Assembly (NCBI GenBank): GCA_963832325.1
Contig: CAWHTR010000002.1
Span: forward strand, 135,821-199,820
Length of the DNA: 64,000 bases
Source of the DNA: an uncultured Verrucomicrobiae bacterium
GTDB lineage: Bacteria > Verrucomicrobiota > Verrucomicrobiia > Chthoniobacterales > JAATET01
Direction: 5' to 3'
The translations under genes were made by a program, and so were the position numbers. Below the pieces are notes generated by a model. That model was given only the letters and a program-made list of their open reading frames with translations. It made no database searches and was not told the origin of the DNA. This document shows positions 15,347-23,860 of this stretch, piece by piece; the stretch's first letter is position 1; the number at the start of each line of letters is the position of its first letter.

Positions 15347-16305
15347 GCCTGAGGGGACAGGGGGGGCAGCCGACGGGCGCTCTCAACCGCGTCGCGGAGG
15401 TGGGGAAGGGCTGTCAAATCCAACGGGCAGAAATTGAGTTGGTTGCGGAACCAAGTCAATTGCCTTTTGGCGTATTGGCGGGTCGCGAGCGCGATGGCGT
15501 CGGTGGCTTCGCGGCGAGTCGATTGGCCGCAGAGGACGGCCTGGATCTCGCGTAGGCCGAGGGTGCGGGCTGCGGTCGGGCCGACGGCACCCAATTGGCG
15601 GATCTCGGATTCGACGTCGGCGGAAAACATTGCGTTCACGTTGTCATCGATCCGCGCGAGGAGTTCGGTTCGGTCGCGCGTGAGGAGGATGCCGTTGGTC
15701 GGTTTGTCGACGACGGTGGAGCGGAAGTCGGCGAGAGGGCGGCCGGATGTCTCGCAGATCTCGATGGCGCGCTGGACGCGGCGGGGATTGGCGGTGTCGA
15801 TCTGGGCGGCAGCGGAGGGGTCGTGGGTCTGGAGGCGAGCGAGGAGGGCGGGGAGGGGGAGTGAATTCAGTTCGGCGCGGAGGCTGGGGTCGACGGGCGG
15901 CGTGGGGTCGAGGCCGGTGGTGAGCGCGCGGATGTAGAGACCGGTTCCGCCGACGATGAGGGCGCGTTTTCCACGTCGGTGGATGTCGGCGAGCGCGGTG
16001 CGGGCGGCGCGGGCGTAGGTGGCGGCGTCGAACGGGTCGGCAACCGGAATGGTGCCGACGAGGTGGTGGGGGACCGCGGCGCGTTGAGCGTTGGTCGGGG
16101 CCGCGGTGAGAAGGGGGATCTCGCGGTAGATCTGAAAGGCGTCGGCGCCGACGATTTCGGCTCCGAGGCGGTCGGCAAGGGCGACCGCGAAGGCGGTCTT
16201 CCCGACGCCGGTCGGGCCGACCACGAAGAGTGGTCGACCCGGAAGTGGCGGGTTGGGATTAAGCCGTGGTCTCGTCTTCGGACTGGCTGTCACTGGTGTT
16301 GGCAT
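15343..16305 (-). CDS. miaA: tRNA dimethylallyltransferase
   Basis: 320 aa. P-loop GPTGVGKT and IVGADAFQIYREIPLLTAAP. The only in-frame start (16305) overlaps the upstream gene by 47 nt. Confidence 0.85.
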   Translation of the reverse strand: MPTPVTASPKTRPRLNPNPPLPGRPLFVVGPTGVGKTAFAVALADRLGAEIVGADAFQIYREIPLLTAAPTNAQRAAVPHHLVGTIPVADPFDAATYARAARTALADIHRRGKRALIVGGTGLYIRALTTGLDPTPPVDPSLRAELNSLPLPALLARLQTHDPSAAAQIDTANPRRVQRAIEICETSGRPLADFRSTVVDKPTNGILLTRDRTELLARIDDNVNAMFSADVESEIRQLGAVGPTAARTLGLREIQAVLCGQSTRREATDAIALATRQYAKRQLTWFRNQLNFCPLDLTALPHLRDAVESARRLPPLSPQA

Positions 16306-17050
16306 CGGCCTCGGCGTCGACAGGAGCGACTTCGCGGACGCGTTCGTCGCGACGCTCGGAAGCCTTGGCTCCGCTCACGACGAGCTTACGGCCGAGGAAT
16401 TCCTGGTCGTGCAATTCGGAGACGGCACGCTTGGCTTCGTCGACGGACTGCATCTGGACGAAGGCAAATCCCTTGGGACGCTCGGTCTGGCGGTTGGTGA
16501 CGATCTCAACGTTCTGCACGGCGCCGACGCCGTTGAAGAGTTCGAAGAGGTCGCTTTCGCCCGCGTCGAACGAGAGGTTGCCGATGTAGAGGCGAGGTGT
16601 GGTGACCTCGACGATTTCGGGAGAGCGCATGCCGGTGCCGCGGCTGCGGCTTTCGCGTTCGCGGGGGGCGCGTTCGCCTCCGCGCTCAGAGCGCTCAGAG
16701 CGCTCGGGACGTTCGCTGCGTTCGCGTCCGCCGGAGCGGCGTCCGCCGCTGCCGGTGGCGGCGAGTTCTTCGGCGGACCGTGGTGGGCGACTGGCGGGGA
16801 TGGATTGTGGCTCTTTGGAACCGAAGCCGAGGAAGGACGCGATCTTTTCGACGATGCCTTGGGGCTTGGGTTCGGGTTTGCGGGTGCGGGATTCGCCACC
16901 ACCGCCGGAGCGATTGCCGGAGTTGCGGTTACCGCCCGAGGAGCGGCGGCTGTTGCCACCGGAGTTCGAGCGTCCGCCACGGCGGGAGCCGCGACGTGAG
17001 CTGTCGCTTTCGGAGGAGTTGTCGGTTTCTGGAACGTAATTGGTAGACAT
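16259..17050 (-). CDS. RRM-domain RNA-binding protein with a long N-terminal Arg/Ser/Gly-rich extension and an acidic tail
   Basis: 263 aa. RNP2 LYIGNL and RNP1 KGFAFVQM in the C-terminal half. The preceding ~150 aa are RS/RG/ER repeats (…RSERPERSERSERGGER…). Confidence 0.8.
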   Translation of the reverse strand: MSTNYVPETDNSSESDSSRRGSRRGGRSNSGGNSRRSSGGNRNSGNRSGGGGESRTRKPEPKPQGIVEKIASFLGFGSKEPQSIPASRPPRSAEELAATGSGGRRSGGRERSERPERSERSERGGERAPRERESRSRGTGMRSPEIVEVTTPRLYIGNLSFDAGESDLFELFNGVGAVQNVEIVTNRQTERPKGFAFVQMQSVDEAKRAVSELHDQEFLGRKLVVSGAKASERRDERVREVAPVDAEADANTSDSQSEDETTA

Positions 17051-17474
17051 GTTGTTTTAGGTGTTGTCGCTGGTGGCGCGCGGCGGGAATTTCCGCTGTG
17101 ACGGAAAACGTTTCCCCGACCGGGGCACCAGGCGACGGCGGTTTGCTGTCGGGTGTCTTGCGTCGGCTAGCCGTGGTCTGCGACCAGGATGGCTTGGGCG
17201 ACGCGGTAAGTATGACCGGCACGGGCGGGATCCCATTTCGCATCCAACTCGAGACCATTCCGACAGCGTGACGAAGGCTCGAGGTGAGTGATGCGAAGAT
17301 GTGGGAGTCGCGGGGCACGGAACAAAACACCTCTTTCAAGGGAGATTAATGGCCGGAGATTTTCTGATTTCAAGCTTGATTCTTGGATCGGGGGAATCTG
17401 AGCACGCGGGGATGGGTGAAAATTTCAGTGAAGGATCGCTGCAACTTTCTCAAAGGGTGCTTGTTTAAGCGTGT

Positions 17475-18527
17475 ATGGATTCAAGTCGCTTGCGGATTTT
17501 GCTCGGGGTAGCGGCGGTGGTCGCGTCGGTTCTCGTCTGGAAATGGATCGCGGGTTGGGGGCTGGTGACCGTTGAAGTGAGTGGTGAATCTCTAGCTAAG
17601 GTAATCCGTTCGATCGAACGGCAAGGCGGGGTGACAATCGCAACGAATCTTGATCCGGAGACGTTAGTCACGATGAACGTCTACAAGGTTCCGGTCGCCG
17701 AGGCGGTCGACTTCCTCGCGGCTCGGACGGATGCGCGCTGGTCGGTGGCCTACGTGTCCGGAAGCGGGAAGGCTGAGGTGCGCAGTGGCGTCGACGTGCT
17801 AACGGCGGACGGGCGGAGCGACGAATTTGTCGTCTACAACTACCCGACTTGGGGGATGGGCATGGAGAGTGAGACGATCCCGGATCCGCGGATGGTCAAA
17901 TGGTCGGTCAGCGCAGCGGACGAGGGGGATCTGACGAGTTACCTCGATCAAGCGGCGCAGAAGACCGGGGTGACGACGGTCCTGCCGGTCGGTTGGAATC
18001 CCCCGGTGGTCCGGGTGCCGGCGGGTGGCGAGGCTGGGAGCGCGATTTCAAAAATGGTGAAGGCTGGGGGCGGGCGGGTCGAGGAGGTTTTCCTGCTCAA
18101 GGTGTCGAATCGGGAATGGGCCGGAGGGGGCGGGGCGCGTCCGCAGCAGGCGAGCACGGCAACGGAGGGCGGCGGCCAACCGGCGGCGGCGAGCGCACCG
18201 CCAGCGGAGCGGCCACGTCGTGAGCGACCAGAGGCGCACCCGGAGTGGGCCGAAGAACGCATGCAGGCCCAGATCGCGCTCTTGCCAGAGGCTGAGCGGG
18301 CTGCGGCGAAAGAGACTTACGAGTCGATTCGAGATTTTTTCCAGCGGGTGCGGGATCTACCGGAGGATCAACGTCGCGCCGCGATGGAGGAACATTTCAG
18401 CAAACCGGAGGTGCTGGCGCGAATGGACGAACGCCGGACCCTCCGCGAGGACCGCGCCGGAGCCGAGCGAAAAGCCGACCGGGCGCGCCGCTACGTCGAA
18501 CGCAAAGCTCAACGCAAAGAATCATGA
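17475..18527 (+). CDS. membrane-anchored hypothetical protein with a highly charged helical C-terminus
   Basis: 350 aa. N-terminal TM LGVAAVVASVLVWKWIAGWGLV. C-terminal Arg/Glu-rich region. The stop overlaps the next ATG (ATGA at 18524-18527). Confidence 0.5.
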   Translation: MDSSRLRILLGVAAVVASVLVWKWIAGWGLVTVEVSGESLAKVIRSIERQGGVTIATNLDPETLVTMNVYKVPVAEAVDFLAARTDARWSVAYVSGSGKAEVRSGVDVLTADGRSDEFVVYNYPTWGMGMESETIPDPRMVKWSVSAADEGDLTSYLDQAAQKTGVTTVLPVGWNPPVVRVPAGGEAGSAISKMVKAGGGRVEEVFLLKVSNREWAGGGGARPQQASTATEGGGQPAAASAPPAERPRRERPEAHPEWAEERMQAQIALLPEAERAAAKETYESIRDFFQRVRDLPEDQRRAAMEEHFSKPEVLARMDERRTLREDRAGAERKADRARRYVERKAQRKES

Positions 18528-19081
18528 CAAGACTCGCTTCTGACATCCGGTCCCGCCACGGTTTTACACTCATTGAGCTGGTGGTGGTGGTCGCCATCGT
18601 CGGCATGCTGGCGACGCTGTTAGTTCCAGGATTGCAGCGGATGCAGGAGCGGGCGAAGAGCACGGCTTGCGCGGCCAATTTGCGGTCGATCGGGGTGGTC
18701 GTTCAGCTTTTCGCCCAAGACAACGACAACCGGCTGCCGACGATCGAGGGCTACCCGAGTGACCCGATCTATGACGGTGAGCAGGCGGCCGAGGCGCAGA
18801 CGATGATGGAGGCGCTGGGGCCATTTGGGCTGACCGCGGGGAATCTCAAGTGCCCGTCGGACAAGGAGTGGTTCGCGAAGGAAGGGACGAGCTACTTCTG
18901 GAAGCCGACGCTCGACGACGAGTTGGTGTCGAATCCGAAGCTCTACGGTCGGCACGGTGAGCGGTCGATCCCGGCGCAATACGCGTCGATCTGCACGGAC
19001 TTCGAGGCAGTCCACGGCCCTCGAGGGAAGCTGCGTTCGAATCGGCTCTATCTCGACGGGCACGTGCGGACTTTCCTGTGA
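18524..19081 (+). CDS. prepilin-type N-terminal cleavage/methylation-domain protein (pseudopilin-like)
   Basis: RHGFTLIELVVVVAIVGMLATLLVP is a class III signal. The C-terminus is ...HGPRGKLRSNRLYLDGHVRTFL, a DG[HS]V ending with a longer spacer than H-X9-DG. Confidence 0.75.
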   Translation: MTRLASDIRSRHGFTLIELVVVVAIVGMLATLLVPGLQRMQERAKSTACAANLRSIGVVVQLFAQDNDNRLPTIEGYPSDPIYDGEQAAEAQTMMEALGPFGLTAGNLKCPSDKEWFAKEGTSYFWKPTLDDELVSNPKLYGRHGERSIPAQYASICTDFEAVHGPRGKLRSNRLYLDGHVRTFL

Positions 19082-19165
19082 GTTTTACCCGCTGGAGACG
19101 CAAAGATTCGAGGGCCTTGGATCCAAGTCTTGTCCTCCCGCGTGTTTGGTGGGCAGGCCGCTTGG

Positions 19166-19939
19166 TCAGGCGGTGACGAGTTCGCCAGGATTGGTCGCTG
19201 GGACGACGGTCTCGAAGTCGTGGTGGAGGAGTTCGATGCGGCCGTCGTGGTGTTCGACCAGAGCGGTGCAGCTCTCGACCCAATCGCCGGTGTTGTAGTA
19301 GGGGACAGCTTGATCCTCGTTGAGGGCGGCCGTGTGGATGTGGCCACAGAGGACGGCGTCGACTTCGTAATCGGCGGCGTAGCGAACGACGGCTTCCTCA
19401 AAATCGCCGATGAAGCTGACGACGTTCTTCACTTCGGCTTTGACGTATTTGCTGAGCGACCAGTAGCCGAGTCCGAAGCGGCGGCGGACGAAGTTGACGA
19501 CACCGTTGAGGCGCATGAGTCCGTGGTAGCCGAGGTCGCCGACGTGCGCGAGCCAGCCCATGTTTTGAACGACCGTGTCGAGTTCGTGACCGTGGATGAC
19601 GAGGATACGGCGGCCGTCGGCGGTGGTGTGGACGGCATTTTTCCGGAGATCGACGCTGGCGAAATTGCCGAGGAAGCCGCCGAGGAATTCGTCGTGGTTG
19701 CCGATGATGTAGATGACCTCGGCTCCCTTGCGGCCCTTGCGGAGGAGCTTCTGGATGACGTCGCTGTGATCCTGCGGCCAGTAGCGGGCCCGTCGGAGCG
19801 CCCAGATGTCGATGAGGTCGCCGACGAGGTAGAGCGTCTCGAATTCGTTGTCGCGGAGGAAGTCGAGAAGGGCGGCGGCCTTGCAGCCTTTGGTGCCGAG
19901 ATGCACGTCGGAGATCCAACCGGTTCGATATTCTGCCAT
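19166..19939 (-). CDS. LpxH-family metallophosphoesterase (UDP-2,3-diacylglucosamine diphosphatase-like)
   Basis: 257 aa. Calcineurin-like motifs SDVHLG, GDLIDIW, GNHD, HGHE and CGHIH. Confidence 0.7.
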   Translation of the reverse strand: MAEYRTGWISDVHLGTKGCKAAALLDFLRDNEFETLYLVGDLIDIWALRRARYWPQDHSDVIQKLLRKGRKGAEVIYIIGNHDEFLGGFLGNFASVDLRKNAVHTTADGRRILVIHGHELDTVVQNMGWLAHVGDLGYHGLMRLNGVVNFVRRRFGLGYWSLSKYVKAEVKNVVSFIGDFEEAVVRYAADYEVDAVLCGHIHTAALNEDQAVPYYNTGDWVESCTALVEHHDGRIELLHHDFETVVPATNPGELVTA

Positions 19940-20070
19940 GGCGGGTTTTGCCTTTGCAAATTATTGGTCGGCTAAATGTTCGCGAGGCGGGAAGTGTGAC
20001 GTTTTTGGAACGTCGCTGGGGCCGTCGGCGGGCGAACCCGGGATGGCCGCAGAAATCCGGAGGGGCGAGG

Positions 20071-20115
20071 TTGATTGATCCAGTGGTGGTGGGCTTTTGA
20101 TTCGACCAGTGGAGG
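20071..20115 (+). repeat. imperfect direct repeat in the leader of the NusG-like gene
   Basis: TTGATTGATCCAGTGGTGG (20071-20089) and TTGATTCGACCAGTGGAGG (20097-20115) match at 15 of 19 positions with a 26-nt period. Confidence 0.4.
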
Positions 20116-20139
20116 CGGGTTGGGCAAGTTGACCGACTG

Positions 20140-20707
20140 ATGTTAGATTCCACGAACCACCCCGACGAGGGGCAGGAGGACGAGCTGGCGTGGTATTGCG
20201 TCCGCACGCGGCCTAAGCAGGAAAAAATCTCCGCGCAGACCTTGCGGGCGGACGTGGGCGTCGAGGTGTTCAGTCCGTTCGTGCGGTTCAAGCGGTCGCG
20301 GGGAAAGGGAACGATGTGGGTGACGGAAGCGTTGTTCCCTGGCTACGTCTTTTCGAAATTTCGTTACGTCGAGCAGATGCGCCACATTCAGTCGTCGCGA
20401 GGAGTGACGAAGATTCTCTCGTTCGGGGGTTGCCCGGCCATCGTGCCCGAGGACGTGATCCAGGCCGTGCGGGACAGCATGCCGACCGAGGAGGAGATCG
20501 TGGTCATTCCGGACGTCGTGCAGCCGGGGGACGAGGTCAAAATTGTCGCCGGGCCTGTACGCGGGAATCCGCACCGTGGTGACGCGGGTGATGCCGGCGA
20601 GGCAGCGCGTCGGGATTCTCTTGGAAGTTCTTGGGTCGGAGCGGGAGGTCGAGGTGGATGCCGAATCGGTGCTCACGGAGATCTCGCGTCCGATGATCCA
20701 ACGGTAG
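20140..20707 (+). pseudogene. NusG-paralogue (RfaH/UpxY-like) transcription antiterminator, frame disrupted within the KOW domain
   Basis: The NGN domain is in frame (WYCVRTRPKQEKISAQ...ALFPGYVFSKF...SSRGVTKILSFGG). After GDEVKIVAG the written frame turns into Gly/Arg nonsense running to 20775. The +1 frame reads LYAGIRTVVTRVMPARQRVGILLEVLGSEREVEVDAESVLTEISRPMIQR with its stop at 20705-20707. Confidence 0.7.
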
Positions 20708-20814
20708 GTCGGAAGGGCGGGGGTCGGCTGGCGCATCGGGATTTGCCATTTACAATCAGGAGATTCCGTCTTTGATTCTTCCTCTCCCGGGCATGAGGCC
20801 GGACACCCATTGGC

Positions 20815-23814
20815 ATGTTAAATTGGATCATCAAAGCCATCGTCGGCTCGAAGAACGCGCGGGAACTTAAGGCCATGAAGCCGCTGGTCGACCGCATCAA
20901 TGAACTCGAGGTCGAGTATCAGTCGCTTTCCGACGACGGACTCCGACAGAAGACGGCGAACTGGAAGGCGGAACTATCCCGGATCGAGGACTCCGATGAG
21001 TTGCAGCGACGGCTCGACGAGATTCTGCCCGAGGCATTTGCGGTCGCGAAGAACGGCGCTCGTCGGCTCTGCGGGCGGCAGTTCGAGGCGTGCGGGCAGC
21101 CGATCACCTGGAACATGGTGCATTTCGACGTCCAGCTTGTCGGCGGCATTGTGCTGCACCGGGGTCGGATCGCGGAAATGGCGACGGGCGAGGGTAAGAC
21201 GCTCGTGGCGACGGCTCCCGTTTATCTCAACGCGCTGACGGGACGAGGGGTTCACGTGGTGACGGTGAACGATTACCTCGCGCTGCGCGACTCCGAGTGG
21301 ATGGCGCAGCTCTACACATTTCTTGGCCTGACGGTGGGCTGCATTCAGGAGGATCAGAATCCAACGGTGCGTCGCCAGCAATACGAGGCCGACATCACCT
21401 ACGGAACGAACGCGCAATTCGGCTTCGATTACCTGCGCGACAACGGCATGGCTTCGAGTCGGGACCAGCAGGTTCAGCGCAGACATTACTTCGCGATTGT
21501 GGATGAGGTGGATTCCATTCTGATCGACGAAGCGCGGACGCCGTTGATCATCAGCGGGCCGGCGACGGTCTCGACGCACCAGTACGACCGCTTCAAGCCG
21601 CTGGTGGATCAATTGGTCAAACGGCAGGCCCAGCTTTGCAGCCGGTTGGTGACCGAGGGTCGCGAGATGATCGCGAAGGGGACAAAGGAAGACCGCGAGG
21701 CCGGCGCGAGGCAGTTGCTCAAAGTGAAGTTCGGGCAGCCCCGCAACAAACCATTGAATCGTGCGATGGAGGATCCGGAGGTCCGCCGGATGATCGACAA
21801 GGCGGAGTTGTATTTTTTCCAGGACAACACGACGAAAGAGCAGCTGATCGAGCTGAAGGAAGAACTGTTTTTCACGGTTGATGAGCGCCAGCACGACGCG
21901 GATCTGACTGAACAGGGGCGGACATTTCTCAACCCCGACGACCCGGACGCCTTCGTGCTGCCGGATCTGCTCACGGAATTCGCCGACATCGAGACAAATT
22001 CTTCGCTCACCGACGCGCAGAAGGCTGAGCAGAAGGCGAATCGGCAGGCTTTCTGCGACGCGCAGAGCGAGCGAATTCACAACATCACGCAGCTCCTCAA
22101 GGCCTACTGTCTCTACGAAAAAGACGTCGAATACGTCGTCGAGGAGAACAAGGTCATCATCGTCGACACCTTCACGGGCCGCAAGATGTCGGGGCGTCGA
22201 TGGAGCGACGGCCTCCACCAAGCTGTCGAAGCGAAGGAAGGCGTGCAGATCGATCGCGAGACCCAGACGCTCGCGACGATCACGATTCAGAATTACTTCC
22301 GGCTCTACGACAAGCTGGCGGGCATGACCGGAACGGCGGAGACCGAGGCGAACGAGTTCAGTGACATCTACGGGTTGACCGTGAACGTGATTCCGACGAA
22401 TCGCCCGGTGGCGCGGATCGACAGCAACGACATCATTTTCAAAACGCGGCGCGAGAAGTACAACGCGGTCATCGAAGAAATCAAAGTCGCCCACGCCCGC
22501 ACGCAGCCCGTTCTGGTCGGCACGGCGAGCGTCGAGTCGTCGGAGCTGATGAGCCGGATGCTCAAGCGGGAGAAAATTCCGCACACTGTCCTCAACGCGA
22601 AGTTTCACCTGCAGGAGGCCGAGATCGTCCAACGGGCGGGGCTGCCGGGATCGGTGACGATCTCGACGAACATGGCGGGTCGTGGCACCGACATCAAACT
22701 TGGCAGTGGGGTCACCGACGCGGGTGGACTTTACGTGATCGGCACTGAGCGTCACGAATCGCGGCGAATCGACCGGCAGCTGCGCGGACGTTGTGCGCGA
22801 CAGGGAGATCCGGGGTTGTCGAAGTTTTACGTCAGCTTCGAAGACGACCTCATGCGCAACTTCGGCGCGAGCGATCGGATGACGAAGATCATGGAAACCT
22901 TCGGGATGAAGGAGGGTGAGGAACTCGAGCATCCTTGGCTCAACAAGAGTGTCGAGACGGCGCAGAAGCGCGTCGAGCAGCGCAACTACATGATCCGGCG
23001 TCGCACGCTCGAATTTGACGACGTGATGAATCAGCAGCGCGAGGTCGTTTACGGCTACCGCAATGAGGTCATGGACACCGAGGACCCTCGATCGATGATC
23101 TACGAGGTGATCGACGAGGTTGTGCCGAGGAAGGTGGCGGAACACTTGGAAGTGCGTGAGCAGGAGACCGAGGCGGATTACGCCGGGTTGTTGACGTGGC
23201 TGAACCAGACCTTCCCGCTGGGGTTAACGGCGGATAAGGCGAGTTTGGACGGTCGGAGCATCGACGAAAATTCCGCGTATTTGATCGAGACGATCAAGCA
23301 TGCTTACGAACAGAAGGCGGCGATCGAAGAGCCCGGCGCGTTGAAGGGGCTGGAGCGCTACATCATTCTCAACGCGATCGACCGGCTCTGGCAGGAGCAC
23401 CTTTACGCGATGGACGGGTTGCGCGAGGCGGTTTCGCTGCGGGCGTTCGGCCAGAAAGATCCGCTCGTGGAATACAAGAACGACGGTTACGCGATGTTCA
23501 CGGAGTTGATGGACAACATCCGCGGTGAGGTGCTCAACAATCTGTTCCGGAGCACGACGAATCTGCAGGCGTTCGAGAAATTGTTATCAACGCTACCGCA
23601 GAGTTTGCGCCACGGGATGTTGTCGGGTGACCTGACGCTGGGTGGCTCCGCGGCCGAGCAGGCTAACCGCGACGAAGAGGACGGAGAGAATCAGCCGGAG
23701 CGACCGAAACTGGAGCTGTCGCCGAAGCGCGAGCAACCGAGGGTTGGGCGGAATGACCCTTGCCCGTGTGGGAGCGGGAAGAAATTCAAGAACTGCTGCG
23801 GACGGACCGGGTAG
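20815..23814 (+). CDS. secA: preprotein translocase ATPase SecA
   Basis: 999 aa. MATGEGKTLVA, DEVDSILIDEARTPLIISG and TNMAGRGTDIKLG. C-terminal zinc motif CPCGSGKKFKNCCG. Confidence 0.95.
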   Translation: MLNWIIKAIVGSKNARELKAMKPLVDRINELEVEYQSLSDDGLRQKTANWKAELSRIEDSDELQRRLDEILPEAFAVAKNGARRLCGRQFEACGQPITWNMVHFDVQLVGGIVLHRGRIAEMATGEGKTLVATAPVYLNALTGRGVHVVTVNDYLALRDSEWMAQLYTFLGLTVGCIQEDQNPTVRRQQYEADITYGTNAQFGFDYLRDNGMASSRDQQVQRRHYFAIVDEVDSILIDEARTPLIISGPATVSTHQYDRFKPLVDQLVKRQAQLCSRLVTEGREMIAKGTKEDREAGARQLLKVKFGQPRNKPLNRAMEDPEVRRMIDKAELYFFQDNTTKEQLIELKEELFFTVDERQHDADLTEQGRTFLNPDDPDAFVLPDLLTEFADIETNSSLTDAQKAEQKANRQAFCDAQSERIHNITQLLKAYCLYEKDVEYVVEENKVIIVDTFTGRKMSGRRWSDGLHQAVEAKEGVQIDRETQTLATITIQNYFRLYDKLAGMTGTAETEANEFSDIYGLTVNVIPTNRPVARIDSNDIIFKTRREKYNAVIEEIKVAHARTQPVLVGTASVESSELMSRMLKREKIPHTVLNAKFHLQEAEIVQRAGLPGSVTISTNMAGRGTDIKLGSGVTDAGGLYVIGTERHESRRIDRQLRGRCARQGDPGLSKFYVSFEDDLMRNFGASDRMTKIMETFGMKEGEELEHPWLNKSVETAQKRVEQRNYMIRRRTLEFDDVMNQQREVVYGYRNEVMDTEDPRSMIYEVIDEVVPRKVAEHLEVREQETEADYAGLLTWLNQTFPLGLTADKASLDGRSIDENSAYLIETIKHAYEQKAAIEEPGALKGLERYIILNAIDRLWQEHLYAMDGLREAVSLRAFGQKDPLVEYKNDGYAMFTELMDNIRGEVLNNLFRSTTNLQAFEKLLSTLPQSLRHGMLSGDLTLGGSAAEQANRDEEDGENQPERPKLELSPKREQPRVGRNDPCPCGSGKKFKNCCGRTG

Positions 23815-23860
23815 TTGTCCGGAAGGGGCGCACGGGAACGAAGGCCGGCGCGCTCGGATT

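Noticed and set aside
12635-15352. Long plus-strand ORFs (12635-14002, 14126-15352) opposite the photolyase-like gene and hflX. Similar cases occur at 49594-51222, 54273-55358 and 61452-63008.
   Set aside because: They have Gly/Arg/Pro-rich low-complexity translations and always mirror a convincingly conserved gene on the other strand or in another frame. I treated them as GC-driven artefacts.
16682-16708. 9-nt tandem repeat GCGCTCAGA x2 plus a degenerate third copy
   Set aside because: It is in frame within the RRM protein's low-complexity region (it encodes SER/ERS repeats). It is not a CRISPR-like or intergenic repeat and is discussed under the RRM finding instead.
19068-19078. GGACTTTCCTG, close to the complement of the RNase P RNA universal GAGGAAAGTCC
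   Set aside because: It lies inside the pseudopilin coding frame (…GHVRTFL) and has no surrounding P4-like structure. I judged it a coincidence.
20974-23145. 723-aa ORF antisense to secA
   Set aside because: The sense frame carries every SecA motif. The antisense product is Arg/His/Leu/Pro-rich with no motifs. Long stop-free antisense frames are expected at this GC content.
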